DNA of 63,870 nucleotides, counting the filler, from Halocafeteria seosinensis (lineage: Eukaryota): the NCBI GenBank assembly GCA_001687465.1. It is 8 parts of 8 records of this genome, joined end to end, with 100 filler letters (N's around TTAATTAATTAA, not from the genome) between each part and the next. Parts side by side here need not be neighbours in the genome. Positions count along the whole stretch, not along the records: positions 9,599 to 37,326 come from LVLI01000017.1; 7 more parts are not named here. One strand, 5' to 3'. Position 1 is the first letter of the stretch, and each line of letters starts with the position of its first letter. The position numbers were made by a program, and so were the translations under genes. This document shows positions 11,728-24,183 of this stretch, piece after piece. Below the pieces are notes generated by a model. That model was not told the DNA's origin, searched no databases, and saw only the letters and a program-made list of their open reading frames with translations.

Positions 11728-14700
11728 ATGTACGTCGAGCGATGGTATTGCATGCAGGGTTCGCAATGTGGAGGAAGTCTGGAAGTGATTCCCCCACCCT
11801 ACAGCACCCGCTCGATGGTGGCAGCTGCATTGGTGGTTCTGGCTCTTCATTTGAGCGTGGTCACTGCTACGCTCAAAAACGCCACGTTGCGTCCCTTCGG
11901 GACGTTTTCCGAATCCATATTGCAGGACCTCAGTCCTGATCAAAGTGTTTGGTTAGGTTATCACTTAACAGTTGCTGAAGATTTCGAGCTTGTTGGCTTG
12001 ATAAGCGGCGAGCCAGGTGTAGGTATCATAGAGTATACGATAGCATTGTTCCAGACAAATACTATGGAGTGTAAAAACCCAACTGTTGCGGAGCTCCCCA
12101 ATTTCGGTACTTTGCTGGGGCATGCTGACTTTCGAGGGGATAGCGAAAAACGATTCCAATACCTGGAAGCTCCTTTCCCCAAGCTGACGGCAGACGGAAC
12201 GTACTTATTAGTTATTGGTTTTGCGCCTGTTGAATTCCAAGTAACTTTTGAGCTTGCGGAGAACCTTGCCGTGAACGACATCAAAGCAGAATTTTCACTC
12301 CACGATTGGTGTCCGAGAGAGACAGGGGATGGGCAGCCTCCCAGGCAGGTGTCATGTTTACTCAAAACCAAGCCAAATTGGGTTAGCCCCCAGGAGCTGC
12401 AAGGAACCAATGAGCAGTTTGACGCCCTTACGTCGGGGAAACAGCTACCCATGATTGGAATATCATACGCTACTCTGATGGACACCGGGCCCACAGCATC
12501 CGTGACAAGTTCACCATCAGTGACGTCGACTCCCACGGGTTCTGCAAGTCTCCACACAACGGGAACACCAACGTCTACAATGCCCCCCACCGCTTCAGCA
12601 AGTCCCAACACTACAGCAACAGCAATGGTTACACCAACGGTTACAATATTCCCCACATCTTCCTCTACAAAAACAGCCCCGCCGAGCTCAACGAGATCTG
12701 CCACAACAACGACCACAGCTTCATGGACAACTGCGACTACTCCAATTGCCTCGTCTACATACACACCTTCGTCTACGCATACAGTCACGGCTACTTCATC
12801 AATTTCTGTCTCTGGAAGTAGCTCGCCTACGTCAACCTTCACAGCTACATTGACAACTGCCATGACAGGGAGAACCACCGCTATGTACTCAGCCTCTCCC
12901 ACGCGTATCGGCACGGGTACTTCATCAATTTCTGTATCTGGAAACAATACCTCTACGTCCTTGATCACAGCATCTTTGCCCAACACCGGTACTGTGTCAC
13001 CAAGCCCCTCGTGTACTTGCTCGACCTCCTCTACTTGGACGGCTATAGGTACATCGAGCCTCACGCCCTCAGTTTCAGTTTCGGTCTCATCCTCTTCTTC
13101 ATTGACACCCCGATTAACATACTCTGTCACTAACGCTTCTGTGGCAACGAGTACGAGGTTAAGGGAGACATATTCGACCACACCTACATGCTTGGGCAGC
13201 ACCACACCTTCCTCAACTTCTCCGCTGACTATTGCATCAATTCCTACAACGACGCTTGCATCGACATCTCATCGGACTACCTCTACTGCTACTGTATCTA
13301 CTATTATTCCTACGGAGTTGACTACCCAGACAGGTAGGGCTACCGGGACTGCTGGTGCAATATCATCCGTTACGACATCAAACTCCCCTGCGCCGTCAGA
13401 TAGAACTGAACAGTCTCGTTTGGAGATTATGGAGCGTTGGAATACAATGATTTCAATAGATGCGATCGGGCACTCTGGGCTTACCCAAATGCCCGATACT
13501 GTGGCTGCCTTTACCATAACTTTAACTGGCATGGGGACAGCCGCGCCGTCCTTCTCTCTCTCTTGCGGGGAACTTAACAACCCGAACCAGCCGTACAGTT
13601 ACAACGTGTTCATCGGGTGCATGGATGACTATCCCTACTCCATAATGGATCTTATGGATACTACTAGTGAGATTGTCCAAAACGCATCCTGCTCGGCAGA
13701 AACTGACGCAGACTCTTGCTGGGAAGCGATGTATAACGTAACGCTTCCTCTGCAGAGTAATTTGTCTCATGTGTTGGAACGACAATTTTCAGTATCCACG
13801 GATCAAGATTTAGCGCAGTTTATTACGCCTCTTCGCTTTGCAGTGTCGTTCGGAACCGCGACGAAAAGCGTGACACGGATCGTGTATTTTAACATTTCTG
13901 ATGCCGCTATGGAACTACTGTCCCAGGTACCCGGAGACGTTCCGGGGGAACCCAAGGTGCTTCCTCGGAGTATGAACGTAGTGCATAATCGCGACGGAAT
14001 GTCTGAGAACACGGTCCTACGGAGCGTTACTGTTTTCATGGGGACATACGACAAACTTGAGTGGTCTGCTTCGAGTTCGTTGGCCGGAATAGTATCTCTT
14101 CCGCCCTCCACTTCGGTATTTGAACCGTCATTAGAAAATCATGTTGCCTTCGATTTGACAGAGGCAGAGCGAGGGATAACAAAGGGGTCGCTTGCTCTCA
14201 CATTCCGTAATTCGCATGGAATGAAACGGAGGATGGATATCTCCGTCATCTTGGACATCTTACACGGAGATCTACTGGTTGAATCATTGGCTTTAGATTT
14301 CCAACTTAGCTCTACGGAAAACGCCGCAGCCAAGGAAATTGCTCTACACAACGTCGGTAGTCATTCAATTCAGTTGAGTGCTAATGCTGCCCTGGACAAT
14401 GGCACCAGCGTGACTTCCCCGCCGTGGTTCAGTATGCGAGTTCCGGAGTACATTGAAGCAGACTCTCAGCAGTCGCTGGTTGTCGAGCTTGATTCTGAGA
14501 AAATTGGCTCTACAGGAACATGGACGATATGGATTAACGTTGTGAGTGACGCATGGGTCGTAAGAGGAGAGGGTTCCGAAGAATCTCAATCGTTTGAAAC
14601 GTCAGGACCCATAGTCAAGCAGGTGCCGATCCATGTGCGAGTGATTGTTGCTTCCATTTTTATATGTGCCCCGATGGAGCAGAGTTCTCGTTTTATGCCT

Positions 14701-17595
14701 AATGACGTTCGAGAGCTTGAATGGGGGATCGTCAACACAGAACTTGGGACCGTTGAAGTAACGCTGGCCAATGTTTCCTTAGTAGTTCCAGGGCTCCCAC
14801 ATTTGGATCTGTACCGGGACTCGGACGACTCAGTAAAGAGTACAACAAGAGATGGAGCACAATTGTCACCCTGGCTGAAGGTTGCTCCCCTGAAGTTCTC
14901 GCTGCTACGTGGTACAGCACAAGATCTAGTGTTTCGCGTAGGGTACACAAGCCGTCTGCTTCCCGTTACTCCAGTAGATGGGAATACAACTCTACTCCTG
15001 CGACCGACAAAGATGCGCTTACGTTTTTCCGTAGCTGTTTCACTGGTCGACGGAGCTTTCGAGGATAATGTGTTAGAACGATCGGTGACCCTCAATTTTG
15101 AACCGGGTTATGCCTCCGAAAAGACATCACACTTGCAGTTAGCCAGTGGTGCAGGTTTAGTTGGTGACTCAGAAGAGGGCGAAGTAGTTCTGTTGGACAA
15201 ATTTGGATATGGTCCTGCCATTGCCAAGTATCAATCAGCGTCCGGGACAACCAGTTTGGACCTCGGGGAGGGTAGGATAGTGATTGAGCTTACCAGTACC
15301 GGTACTGCGGCTCCTGTCGAGTTCAGACATAGCATCAGGCTTTATGAAGGTATTCAGTTCACTACCTTCAAGTTTTGGTTGGACTTCAACAGAGTTGGTG
15401 AAGCAATGATCGACATCAAGATAAACGGTATGTCTTTGAATGGATTGCCTCGCAACATTTCATCAAGCTCAATACAATGCAATGTTCCTGAGACGCCGAA
15501 CGAAGTTGGCACGGTTTGCCTGTGCCAGAGTGGCTACCATCGATCCTCAATAAATGGGCTTTGTAGGGAGTGCCCACCGGGTATGTACCTACCTACTGCA
15601 AGTAATGCTGAGTTTTGCGTTCCATGCCCTAAAGGTTTTTTTTCTTTGAGTGGTGAAACTGGATGCCATAGGTGCCCAGAGACTGGTGTTAAGTGCCATA
15701 ATGGAATCATAACGATGCTGCCGGGGCATTGGTGTAGAAAGTGTTCTGCAAGGTCTCCGACACGAACAAGCGTTATTGACCGGATTGCCTCGGGGGAGGA
15801 CGTGTCCTTCCACAAGTGTGTCCCAGTATCAGCATGTTTAGTCAACGAAAGCACATTTACCACAACTTGTCGTGAGGGCCACAGGAAGGAAGTTTGTGGC
15901 CACTGTGACAACGAGTATGTCCGACTTCTGGATGGAAGATGTTCTAAGTGCTCCAGGGACCAGAGGAACATGGCCGTCACCATCACGTTTGGAATCCTTT
16001 TGCTGCTGCTTCTTGTAGGGATTACTGTCCATTCTTATCGCAAGTCCGCTTGGCAAAAAGATGAAAAACGCCGTCTTAATGGAGCCAGTATGTCGATAAC
16101 AAACCCCATCAATGCTGATAGTGAAGCTGGTTCATATGGTTCCTCATCAAAACGTACCAAAAAATTGGATTCGTCGAAACTGGACATGGATCAAGCCATG
16201 CATCGACAGCTCTTGGAGAAAGACTACTACCACAGGAATGGTCACTGGGAGTCCTTCCGAAGGTTGGTACTGATATTTGTCGACTATTTACAGATAGCAT
16301 CGACCCTCCAAAAGATGGAGATCAGCCCTTTTTCTGGGTCGTTATCTTGGTTAAGCGGTGCATCTCAAACTGCGACGATGAATCCTACAGACGTTGCCCC
16401 GGTACGTTGCGCTACAAAGACATCTATTTTTGACGTAGCGGTTGCCGTAATGACAAGTCCTTTGTTAGTATGCTGTATGGTATTGTTACTCCATGCAATA
16501 ATTGAATCTATTCTGTCCGGCCGGAAGTTTCGACGCAAGCGCTGGGCTACAGACTCGGCTTACTCTTTGATCCTAATTCTCAACCTGATCCATATGGCGG
16601 TTACTGATGTCACATTTAGGAGTATGGAAACACATGGAGAAGCCATAGAATCATCGAGGAGGGCTGAAATAGACTTGACCATTGAGACGAATAGTGGAGA
16701 ATTTCGAACATTGCAAGCTCTAGGAACAGTGTCACTGGTTAGCTTCGTGTTTCCGCTGCCCATAGTAGTATCAGCTTTCCTACTGTGGTGGCACTCCAGG
16801 GCCGATACAGTTCCCTTATACAAGGAACTGCTAAAGTTTGTCGGAGGGTTTCGCTTGTCCAATTATGGCTACTTGTGGGACTCGTTGACACTCTTTAGGA
16901 AAATATTGTTGCTGCTTGCAGCCGTGTTTGTGACTGGACCACTCAATCAGATGGTGTTGGCTACGGTAATTCTCATTGTTTCGTTCGTCAGCCTTGTGAT
17001 GATGAGGCCATATTGGCATCGCTATCTGAATTCTCTGGAAGGCCTAATGATAGTCATTGCCTCCGCTAACTGCTACGCAGGGGTGTTGCTTTTCCCCTTT
17101 TCTGACAGCGAGAACTTGCTGGTTTCAATTTCGAAGAAAGCCATTGAGGCGATTCTTGTGTTGTTGCAGTTGTTGCTCGTTCTGGCGTTTCTCCTCATTG
17201 GGTTCTCCTTGATTCCGGGAGCTGTTGAGAAGGTTAAACGGGCTGCTGCAAGAAGACTACAGAAGTGGAAAAATAAGGCAACTAGTTGCAGTAGAAGAAA
17301 TATTCGAAGGCATATTATTCGGAAGAGTGTTACTACTCGATACACTGAGGGCGAAGAAGTGTCTGTGGGCGCAATAAATCCTCTTGTTAAACCCAGTCGT
17401 GACAGGCCACGAAATAGAGGGATGCGTTTGCCTAGCATTACGAGTAACGCACATAAAGTTCCTTTCCGTTCTGTCGCTAATCCTGCTAATGAGTCCGAGT
17501 TCAAAAGGCCAAGCTTTAGTCGAGTAGACATTGACCCTACTACGGTGGGATCTCGTAACAGAAGAAGATTTAGGGTGGCTGCTATAGGTACTTAG
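11728..17595 (+). CDS. Large receptor-like membrane protein: signal peptide, unique head, Ser/Thr mucin stalk, beta-rich domains, Cys-rich (GCC2/GCC3-like) region, multi-TM C-terminus
   Basis: Uninterrupted 1955-aa ORF; likely start ATG 11815 (MVAAALVVLAL..); CPPG.Y/CPKGFFS repeats; DYLQI, W..L...RK, RPY...LN.LE motifs among the hydrophobic helices. Confidence 0.9.
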   Translation: MYVERWYCMQGSQCGGSLEVIPPPYSTRSMVAAALVVLALHLSVVTATLKNATLRPFGTFSESILQDLSPDQSVWLGYHLTVAEDFELVGLISGEPGVGIIEYTIALFQTNTMECKNPTVAELPNFGTLLGHADFRGDSEKRFQYLEAPFPKLTADGTYLLVIGFAPVEFQVTFELAENLAVNDIKAEFSLHDWCPRETGDGQPPRQVSCLLKTKPNWVSPQELQGTNEQFDALTSGKQLPMIGISYATLMDTGPTASVTSSPSVTSTPTGSASLHTTGTPTSTMPPTASASPNTTATAMVTPTVTIFPTSSSTKTAPPSSTRSATTTTTASWTTATTPIASSTYTPSSTHTVTATSSISVSGSSSPTSTFTATLTTAMTGRTTAMYSASPTRIGTGTSSISVSGNNTSTSLITASLPNTGTVSPSPSCTCSTSSTWTAIGTSSLTPSVSVSVSSSSSLTPRLTYSVTNASVATSTRLRETYSTTPTCLGSTTPSSTSPLTIASIPTTTLASTSHRTTSTATVSTIIPTELTTQTGRATGTAGAISSVTTSNSPAPSDRTEQSRLEIMERWNTMISIDAIGHSGLTQMPDTVAAFTITLTGMGTAAPSFSLSCGELNNPNQPYSYNVFIGCMDDYPYSIMDLMDTTSEIVQNASCSAETDADSCWEAMYNVTLPLQSNLSHVLERQFSVSTDQDLAQFITPLRFAVSFGTATKSVTRIVYFNISDAAMELLSQVPGDVPGEPKVLPRSMNVVHNRDGMSENTVLRSVTVFMGTYDKLEWSASSSLAGIVSLPPSTSVFEPSLENHVAFDLTEAERGITKGSLALTFRNSHGMKRRMDISVILDILHGDLLVESLALDFQLSSTENAAAKEIALHNVGSHSIQLSANAALDNGTSVTSPPWFSMRVPEYIEADSQQSLVVELDSEKIGSTGTWTIWINVVSDAWVVRGEGSEESQSFETSGPIVKQVPIHVRVIVASIFICAPMEQSSRFMPNDVRELEWGIVNTELGTVEVTLANVSLVVPGLPHLDLYRDSDDSVKSTTRDGAQLSPWLKVAPLKFSLLRGTAQDLVFRVGYTSRLLPVTPVDGNTTLLLRPTKMRLRFSVAVSLVDGAFEDNVLERSVTLNFEPGYASEKTSHLQLASGAGLVGDSEEGEVVLLDKFGYGPAIAKYQSASGTTSLDLGEGRIVIELTSTGTAAPVEFRHSIRLYEGIQFTTFKFWLDFNRVGEAMIDIKINGMSLNGLPRNISSSSIQCNVPETPNEVGTVCLCQSGYHRSSINGLCRECPPGMYLPTASNAEFCVPCPKGFFSLSGETGCHRCPETGVKCHNGIITMLPGHWCRKCSARSPTRTSVIDRIASGEDVSFHKCVPVSACLVNESTFTTTCREGHRKEVCGHCDNEYVRLLDGRCSKCSRDQRNMAVTITFGILLLLLLVGITVHSYRKSAWQKDEKRRLNGASMSITNPINADSEAGSYGSSSKRTKKLDSSKLDMDQAMHRQLLEKDYYHRNGHWESFRRLVLIFVDYLQIASTLQKMEISPFSGSLSWLSGASQTATMNPTDVAPVRCATKTSIFDVAVAVMTSPLLVCCMVLLLHAIIESILSGRKFRRKRWATDSAYSLILILNLIHMAVTDVTFRSMETHGEAIESSRRAEIDLTIETNSGEFRTLQALGTVSLVSFVFPLPIVVSAFLLWWHSRADTVPLYKELLKFVGGFRLSNYGYLWDSLTLFRKILLLLAAVFVTGPLNQMVLATVILIVSFVSLVMMRPYWHRYLNSLEGLMIVIASANCYAGVLLFPFSDSENLLVSISKKAIEAILVLLQLLLVLAFLLIGFSLIPGAVEKVKRAAARRLQKWKNKATSCSRRNIRRHIIRKSVTTRYTEGEEVSVGAINPLVKPSRDRPRNRGMRLPSITSNAHKVPFRSVANPANESEFKRPSFSRVDIDPTTVGSRNRRRFRVAAIGT

Positions 17596-17712
17596 AGTTC
17601 GGGGAATAGTCGAATGGTTGATTGCTTACCAGACAGTGATATAGAGGTAGGCGGAATAATGAGAAGCAGACTTCGATACTTAATAAGTATGAACGAAAAT
17701 ATCAAATGCGAC

Positions 17713-18692
17713 TTAGGGAAGTTGTCCGCAGGGCGAATTAGGTGCTCTGTCGGAGCATTCACTGTCACAATTTCGTGGTAGATTAAAGATGGTTGGTGGA
17801 AGAGAACCGGAGCCGGTTCTGTATGTTGACGGAGTGAAAAACCGAATTGTTTGGCCCTGTTCACTCAAACACCCACACATAGTGCGCACATATTCTGTAT
17901 CTGTATCTATATAAATACATTTATCGTATCGGTAACGTACCTGCTGTACCAATTGCACCGGAGTCGCATCCTCTACAGTCTGATAGTAGTAATTTTGTTG
18001 ATTTCCTACCACATCCCATGCGTCAACGGTGTAGCTGCTCACAACTTCTTGCCCCTGCAGAGTTGCCTCAGCTAATGGTGTCAAACAACTTCGCCCAAGT
18101 TGGGGAATCGATTCAACCCTACTTACCAAGTATGCATGAGGGGAATCTCCGATCCAGGTAGGAGTGACCACTCCACACCCTCCGGCATCCGTGCAGCATT
18201 TGCAGCAATAGTTTTTTTGAGGCCAGCTCAAGTATCGCGTTCCATTCACCACATATTGACTGCACAGGAGTTCAGGTTCTCATTTCTACCCGGATGCGTA
18301 CTCAAGGCCGAGTATGCACTTACTTGCACGGGGTATCTTCATTGACTACGGGTCCACAGAAACGATCATATTGGCCCTGCAGCACATCTCCATTCGGTCA
18401 CTAACTATCTGCAGTGTTAAACACGGCCAGCAACAGCAGGAGGACGTACCGAGCTTCTGTCCGTCCGTTCGGCTTTCATGTCCCAGTTGTAGTACATGAT
18501 GGCCGTGTTAAGACCTTGGTACCGTCCATGGTCCGTCGTCTCGTTGAATTCGATGCTAAAGACATTCGGCCAGATAGGAGGAGTCGGAGATCCCTTCCTC
18601 AAGCCTTGGTTGAATGCATCCGCAGCGGCGACCATGGCTACGAGGGAACCAACCACCACCCCAAAGTGAAGTCCTGTGCGCTGCATCGCCAT
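17713..18692 (-). CDS. Secreted ependymin-related (EPDR/LolA-like fold) protein, multi-exon
   Basis: Signal peptide; PTPPIWPNVFSIEF, YYNW...ERTD, CCKCC..GCG...PTW, YLGQE, F.LP..C pattern; GT-AG introns. Confidence 0.7.
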
Positions 18693-20446
18693 TGTCAAGC
18701 GAGTTTTGTGTCGATAGAATCGAATATTGTATAATGTTCCGGCAAGTCGGCCGATTCGATGCGTCTACTAATAGGGATCCTGGGATCCTTCTCCCTGCAC
18801 GCTTCTGACGTCATCTAGGCCGCACCCTTGTTCCGCATTCGGACGGGGTGACTCATGGGCAACGAGACACGAAGTCAATTTGACCACGGGCATAGGAACA
18901 AACAACAGGCGCTCGCGTGTGCGTTGGGGGTAGGTACTACTTTAGCGGGAGACGAAGACAAGCGATTTGCCAGATCCCAGCGGTCTACTCACTCCGGAAA
19001 GCGCTTTGAACGCTTCCAGCATACGGTAATACTGATAATACAAACGGGGGCAACCAGAGACATTCAGCGGCAGCGAAGACTCTGAACTGTTTGTATTCCA
19101 CCAAGCTACATTTCTTTACGCTACTAAGGGAGAAGGGGGCAGAATACCAGGTAAACAACGGAAAGAAGTATCATTTGTTGGTCATGGAAGTCTAAATCCC
19201 GTTGTCCGTAAAAAGAACGACTCTTTCTTGCTCGTCTTCCGGCCACCGCTACCCCATACATACAGTGCACTTGTTACGCATACAATGTATGCATAGCAAG
19301 AAATGGAGAGTATAACATTACTATGGACTATAAAGCGCGTCCATCTCCGGGGCGGACGCCGGGCTCCAGAATTGGTCTTTTTCCTGCCAGTTGCTGCACC
19401 GCTAGCAACACGAGGATCGACCAAGTACGCGAAAATGCACATTTGTCCGTGAGCAATACGAGAGAACCGGAGAGAAATACGTCGTCGTATGATATCCCGC
19501 CCGAGGAACTTCCAGGAGCAGAAGCAGCGTCATGATACATACAGTACATGGAGTGCAACAATGCGTTTCGAATAACAGGAATAAAGGGAACTGCTAACGG
19601 GGAATTGAATGCCGATGTATGCGGCGAAGACAGTATTTGTAGGAGGAATACTGTAGAGAAGTCATGAAACTGGTCCTCCGTGGCCATCTCCACGAAACTT
19701 ACTGTTAAGTCGTGGTGGGTCAAGTTAATGTGTAGACGACGCGTACGCAGTTTTCAGAAATCTTGCGAACGAAGAAGCGAGCCTGTGCATTGCTACTTGT
19801 TTGAGGGTTACTCTTCCACGTTCTTCTGTCTTCGATATTCCGAGAAGGCTGAGAATTCACAAGTGTGTATTGGTATTGCTCTTACAGGAAGACGTGTATT
19901 CCCAAAAGCATCTTCATCATGGTGATATAAGGGATTGAAAGAATAAAGAGTTCCGCCCAGAAGGACTCCTACAGGGAGAGACAAATATTCTGACACACTT
20001 GAGAGCCGGTAGAACTTAGCTCCTCCCCCTTATGCGATTATTCTCAGGAGTCTTGAATTCACCCATTGGGAAGTTGCAAAGTCAAGACAAGCACTAGCCA
20101 GATTCATGGAATTCCAGGTGTAGCCTAGGCGGGCACAGAAGGGAGATAAACGTTCTGACAGATCTGATATCGGTGGAAGTTAGGTCCTACTTTCTTGTCG
20201 TCCTCACAGGTATCCAGATAGGTGGCGTTACGATGATACGTAGACTCGAGTCTTGAGTCTCCTGAATTCGGCCTCGAATGAACGTAGGGGTTGCTCGCTG
20301 CTTATATTCTTAGCACATAGCCATTTTTGTGTCTCCAAAGAGCATTCTTTGCTTCCGAAACGACTCAAGAAAATGCCTGCCTAAGTAGTAGGATCTTGAG
20401 ACAGATAAATTCGAAGCCTTTCGTTGAACGGTCGCTCATTGATGGC

Positions 20447-23400
20447 TCAAGCTCCTGGTTGAATTATCTGGCTCTCATCTTGAACTCTCGTATCATTATC
20501 AATGCACAGATGGTCTAAGAGGCTTTGTATGTTGCTTTTCGTGAATGGCTTTCCTATGACACCATTGAAGCCATTCGCTTTATACGATTCGATTTCTTGA
20601 GTACTAGTATTTCCCGACATCGCAACAATCGGTATGTCGCAGTGCAATTCTGTCTTAAGTTTGTGGCACGCGACGTCTCCATTCATTCTCTGCATGTGAA
20701 TATCCATTAAGATAATGTCGACATCGTCCGCAGATTCGTTGCTTGGCACGTCCGCTCCACCGGCTACTTGCCCTGTTGTTTGTAAATAAGGAATCAGCTC
20801 ATCTCCATCCTTCAGCGCGACAAACTTACATCCCATGGCCATCAGCATCCGCGTTAAAACTTTACGATTCACTGTATCGTCCTCGACAACAACCGCTGTA
20901 GGATTCGACGTCTTGTGCAAAGGTCCGAATAAGAAGCAAGCACCGTCAGGGTCCAGGCTAATGTGTTTTTCACTAGGTTCCTCAGACTCGCTTGTACGGG
21001 GAGATTTTCCGCCGGCTAAGTAAGGCATAATAAACTCGAAAACGTTTAATGTTCTCGTGTCACGGCAACCTGGTGTCCCGATGCTGGAAACAGGAACTGC
21101 CTCTTCACGGAAATCTATGGAGCCTCCGAGTGCCCCTGCCAGTGTTCTCGCCATGGCCATGTTAAGCCCGCTTGGTTCATTATGACAATGACCGGGCGAG
21201 GGTCTAGACATAGTATCGTTGTTTGGTCCAGCATTAGTTCTATTAGGTAAGGATCGCATGATGAACCCGCTACGACTCGAGGAAGGACGGTGGTAGTCCC
21301 TTGACTCTACCACCGTCCTTGACTCTTTCAAGCTGGTACCAGCAATTCCTCCTGTATCAATCACTCGAAAGAGGAGCCAGTTGGGTGAATCCGTGGCCAC
21401 CCTTCTGGAGAATGCTCTGCAAAGGATTCTTCCCTGACTATCGCAGGCCATATTTGGATGCTGTACTGAAAACTGCGCTGCTTCGTCCAATGAAAGAGCA
21501 TGAATTATATCGAAATGAAGCTTGATGAAACCCGAAAAACAGCGAGACACAGCATTATTCAATCCCACGTTTAGAATCTGTTGCAGACGCAGAAGATCAG
21601 AGCAGATGTTGCAGTTGTCAAGTGCGGTAGATATACTGAAACTGAGAATGCCATTTGCTTGTTTCCTGTGAGTCTTCGCCAAATCTTCTGCAAGCGATTG
21701 GACGTCTAGTGAGCTGTACTGGAATTCCAATCTTCCGGCTCTAAGTTTCATTAGGTCCATCATCTGTTCACCATGAATCAGACAGATATTAATACACATC
21801 CGAGTATCCACCAAGATAACATACATCATTTACGAGGCGGTTCATCATCTGTGCGTACTTTTCGATACGCCGTCCATGCCAATAAATAGCGCTCTTTATC
21901 GGTTTTCCATCTTGCTCACACTGATCTGATTCTTTCATCGACGCCTCCCGGAGGAGAGTGGCTGAGAAAGCTACAATGTGCAAAGGGTTCCTGGGCAGCA
22001 AGGCAACACTATCAGTTTGGATTACGAGGATGAACGTTTGGAAAATCTTTCGTGCACTCACCTAATTTCGTGCTGTGCAAAGGCGATAGTTCGCTCATGC
22101 GCTTCCGCTGCGGCTGCTAGTGCCGAAACACGCTCTTGAACCAATCGTACTGCCTTCCTGCGTCGGGAAGTGTAAATTAAAATTGACGTCGACACCATTA
22201 GCGCGATAGTTACAGTGCATGTGTAGCCAATAAGCCGCTCGGTTTGTATCTGGTCCCCCGCCGATCTTTGTATCCCAAGGACGGAATCCGGTAGAATCAA
22301 CACTCTGGCATTGTAGGAGCTTGAGCCTAGGTTTACAACAAATGAGTGAGCAAGCTCAATGTCAAGTGGATATCGCTCATTTAACTCCACAGCCGTAGTC
22401 GTTGTTTCAATCTTGAAACTAGTGCGTACTTCACTTTGGGCATCCAAGGATAGCAACGTTTCTTTCGACAACCTTTCGTCATAGCTTCGAGGAACGGAGT
22501 CAACAAATCCGTTGACGAACTCACCATCTCCAAAGCTGTTGCTATGGATAATGCTTTTGCTGTGCTCGCCAGTGCCGAACTTGTGTGCCCACTCCGTTTC
22601 GCTAATATCTTCTACCAAAATTCCGGTGTTCCCCTGCATTTCCATTCCTCAAATACATCATTAAGTTATACAGAGTATATCCTTTACCATAGACTAACCA
22701 ATTGAATAATATTCTTCAGTAGACCATACAGAGCGGAAACAATCGCGTCGCTATCCACAACTAGCCCTACTACGCCCGCAAAAGTATCGGTGGGACACAG
22801 AGCAGCACGACAAGCAAACACTGGTACAGATACGATTACGTATTTCTGCAATGAGGCCAGCAATAGAAGAACGTGAACACATCCTAGTGACGCATATACA
22901 ACCAAACACCTACGGTAGTCTCAAAGAGAACCGGCGGAGTAGTTGCCGGACGTCTCGAGTTTCTCGCTTCCTTGAATGTCTTCTGTAGTCGTCCGTCTGT
23001 CGTAATCCTTGATATGTCTAGACCGGCTACCAGTGATTTAAACAAAGAGCTACGATGGGGCAAATTGTCGTGTCTCAGAAAGCTCTTCCCAGCAATGGGG
23101 AAGTAGACTTGCCTTTGCGAACTGTTCTTGTATTGCAGATTTGACAGGTCGGTACTCCGGGAGTAGGAGATGTTAGAGTTGGGCTCGACAATATCGTTAA
23201 ACTCGTCGAAGAAACTAGACGTGGCCAGATCATGCATTTCTTCCACGAATTCATTCCGTTCATGGTTCTCAACTTCAGGAAGCCAAAGTGCGGCAGCATT
23301 TACGTCCGAGTGAGTTTCGTTGAGCATATGGAGGGCTCCTGCAAGCCGGAAATTGCAACCAGTCGCACTACAGATTAATGCTTTAGTATTACTCGGTTCT

Positions 23401-24183
23401 CCGCTTACCTTGAGTAAAGACTGTTGACATTCCTATACTGAAACGAGACTGATTTGCTCTTATGTAATCTATATGTTTCTCTTGAACCATGGATGCGAAA
23501 AGGGAGTGAGCTGTGGAGGTACAAAATTCACATAGAATGATTTCCAAGGCTATTTCATAGAGGAAATGTCCCTACTTACTCAGCACAAAGTTGTCCAGTT
23601 GCTTTTGGATCACAAATGCAGTTTCGTCTAAGGCGTTCTCAACCTCGTTTCGGATTACCTGCTCAGTTTCACTGCGAGTTTCTTGCACTCCCACCTCTGT
23701 TCCTACAGTTCCCAGCATGAATACGATGATGAATGTCAAGGTACCAGGATGCGTCAGGAAATCCCTAATAACAAAAAGTGTATGCTTCCACGTCCAGTGT
23801 TCCTTCACGGGATTTTCATTACGCAGCAAAGCGGAATGAGTTTTCACAACGCTGGGATCCCCTTCCCCTTCCACTTGTTGGAACGCCTCCTCAATCGCCT
23901 CTTCATACCTCTTCCGACCGGATTCCACATCGGGAAGCGATCTCACAACTGTCTGATTGCTTTCGATATTACTAGTTGTCGCGGTATGCGCAGTCGAAGA
24001 AACACGGACTTGAGCAGGACTTTCCATCTCTGGTGTTGTCGATTCCGCTTCTTCCCCCGTATTGACGTCAAGCGGTACGACCGAGGCTGTTTTGACGTTG
24101 GATGGAGAGTCCGATGAACCATCGCCCTTTTCACTCGCGGAGTGGGACTGCTTTCGAGCAGCCGCAGCATGCGCATTTCCCAT
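20447..24183 (-). CDS. CHASE-domain hybrid histidine kinase (TM-CHASE-TM-HisKA-HATPase-REC), multi-exon
   Basis: CHASE-like WLPEV..ERNEF, YFPI, GLDI; H-box AQHEIRNPL across an intron; DLLRLQQIL; REC VVEDD..NR, LMDIHM..MNG, PIVAMS, KPF; start MGNAHA. Confidence 0.85.

Noticed and set aside
11961..13205. Long Val/Gly-rich antisense ORF (also 27948-28394, 45659-45937, 51446-51724)
   Set aside because: Shadow frames of Ser/Thr/Pro stalks.
19972..20220. Weak ~165-bp degenerate duplication
   Set aside because: Low similarity, no structure or coding signal.
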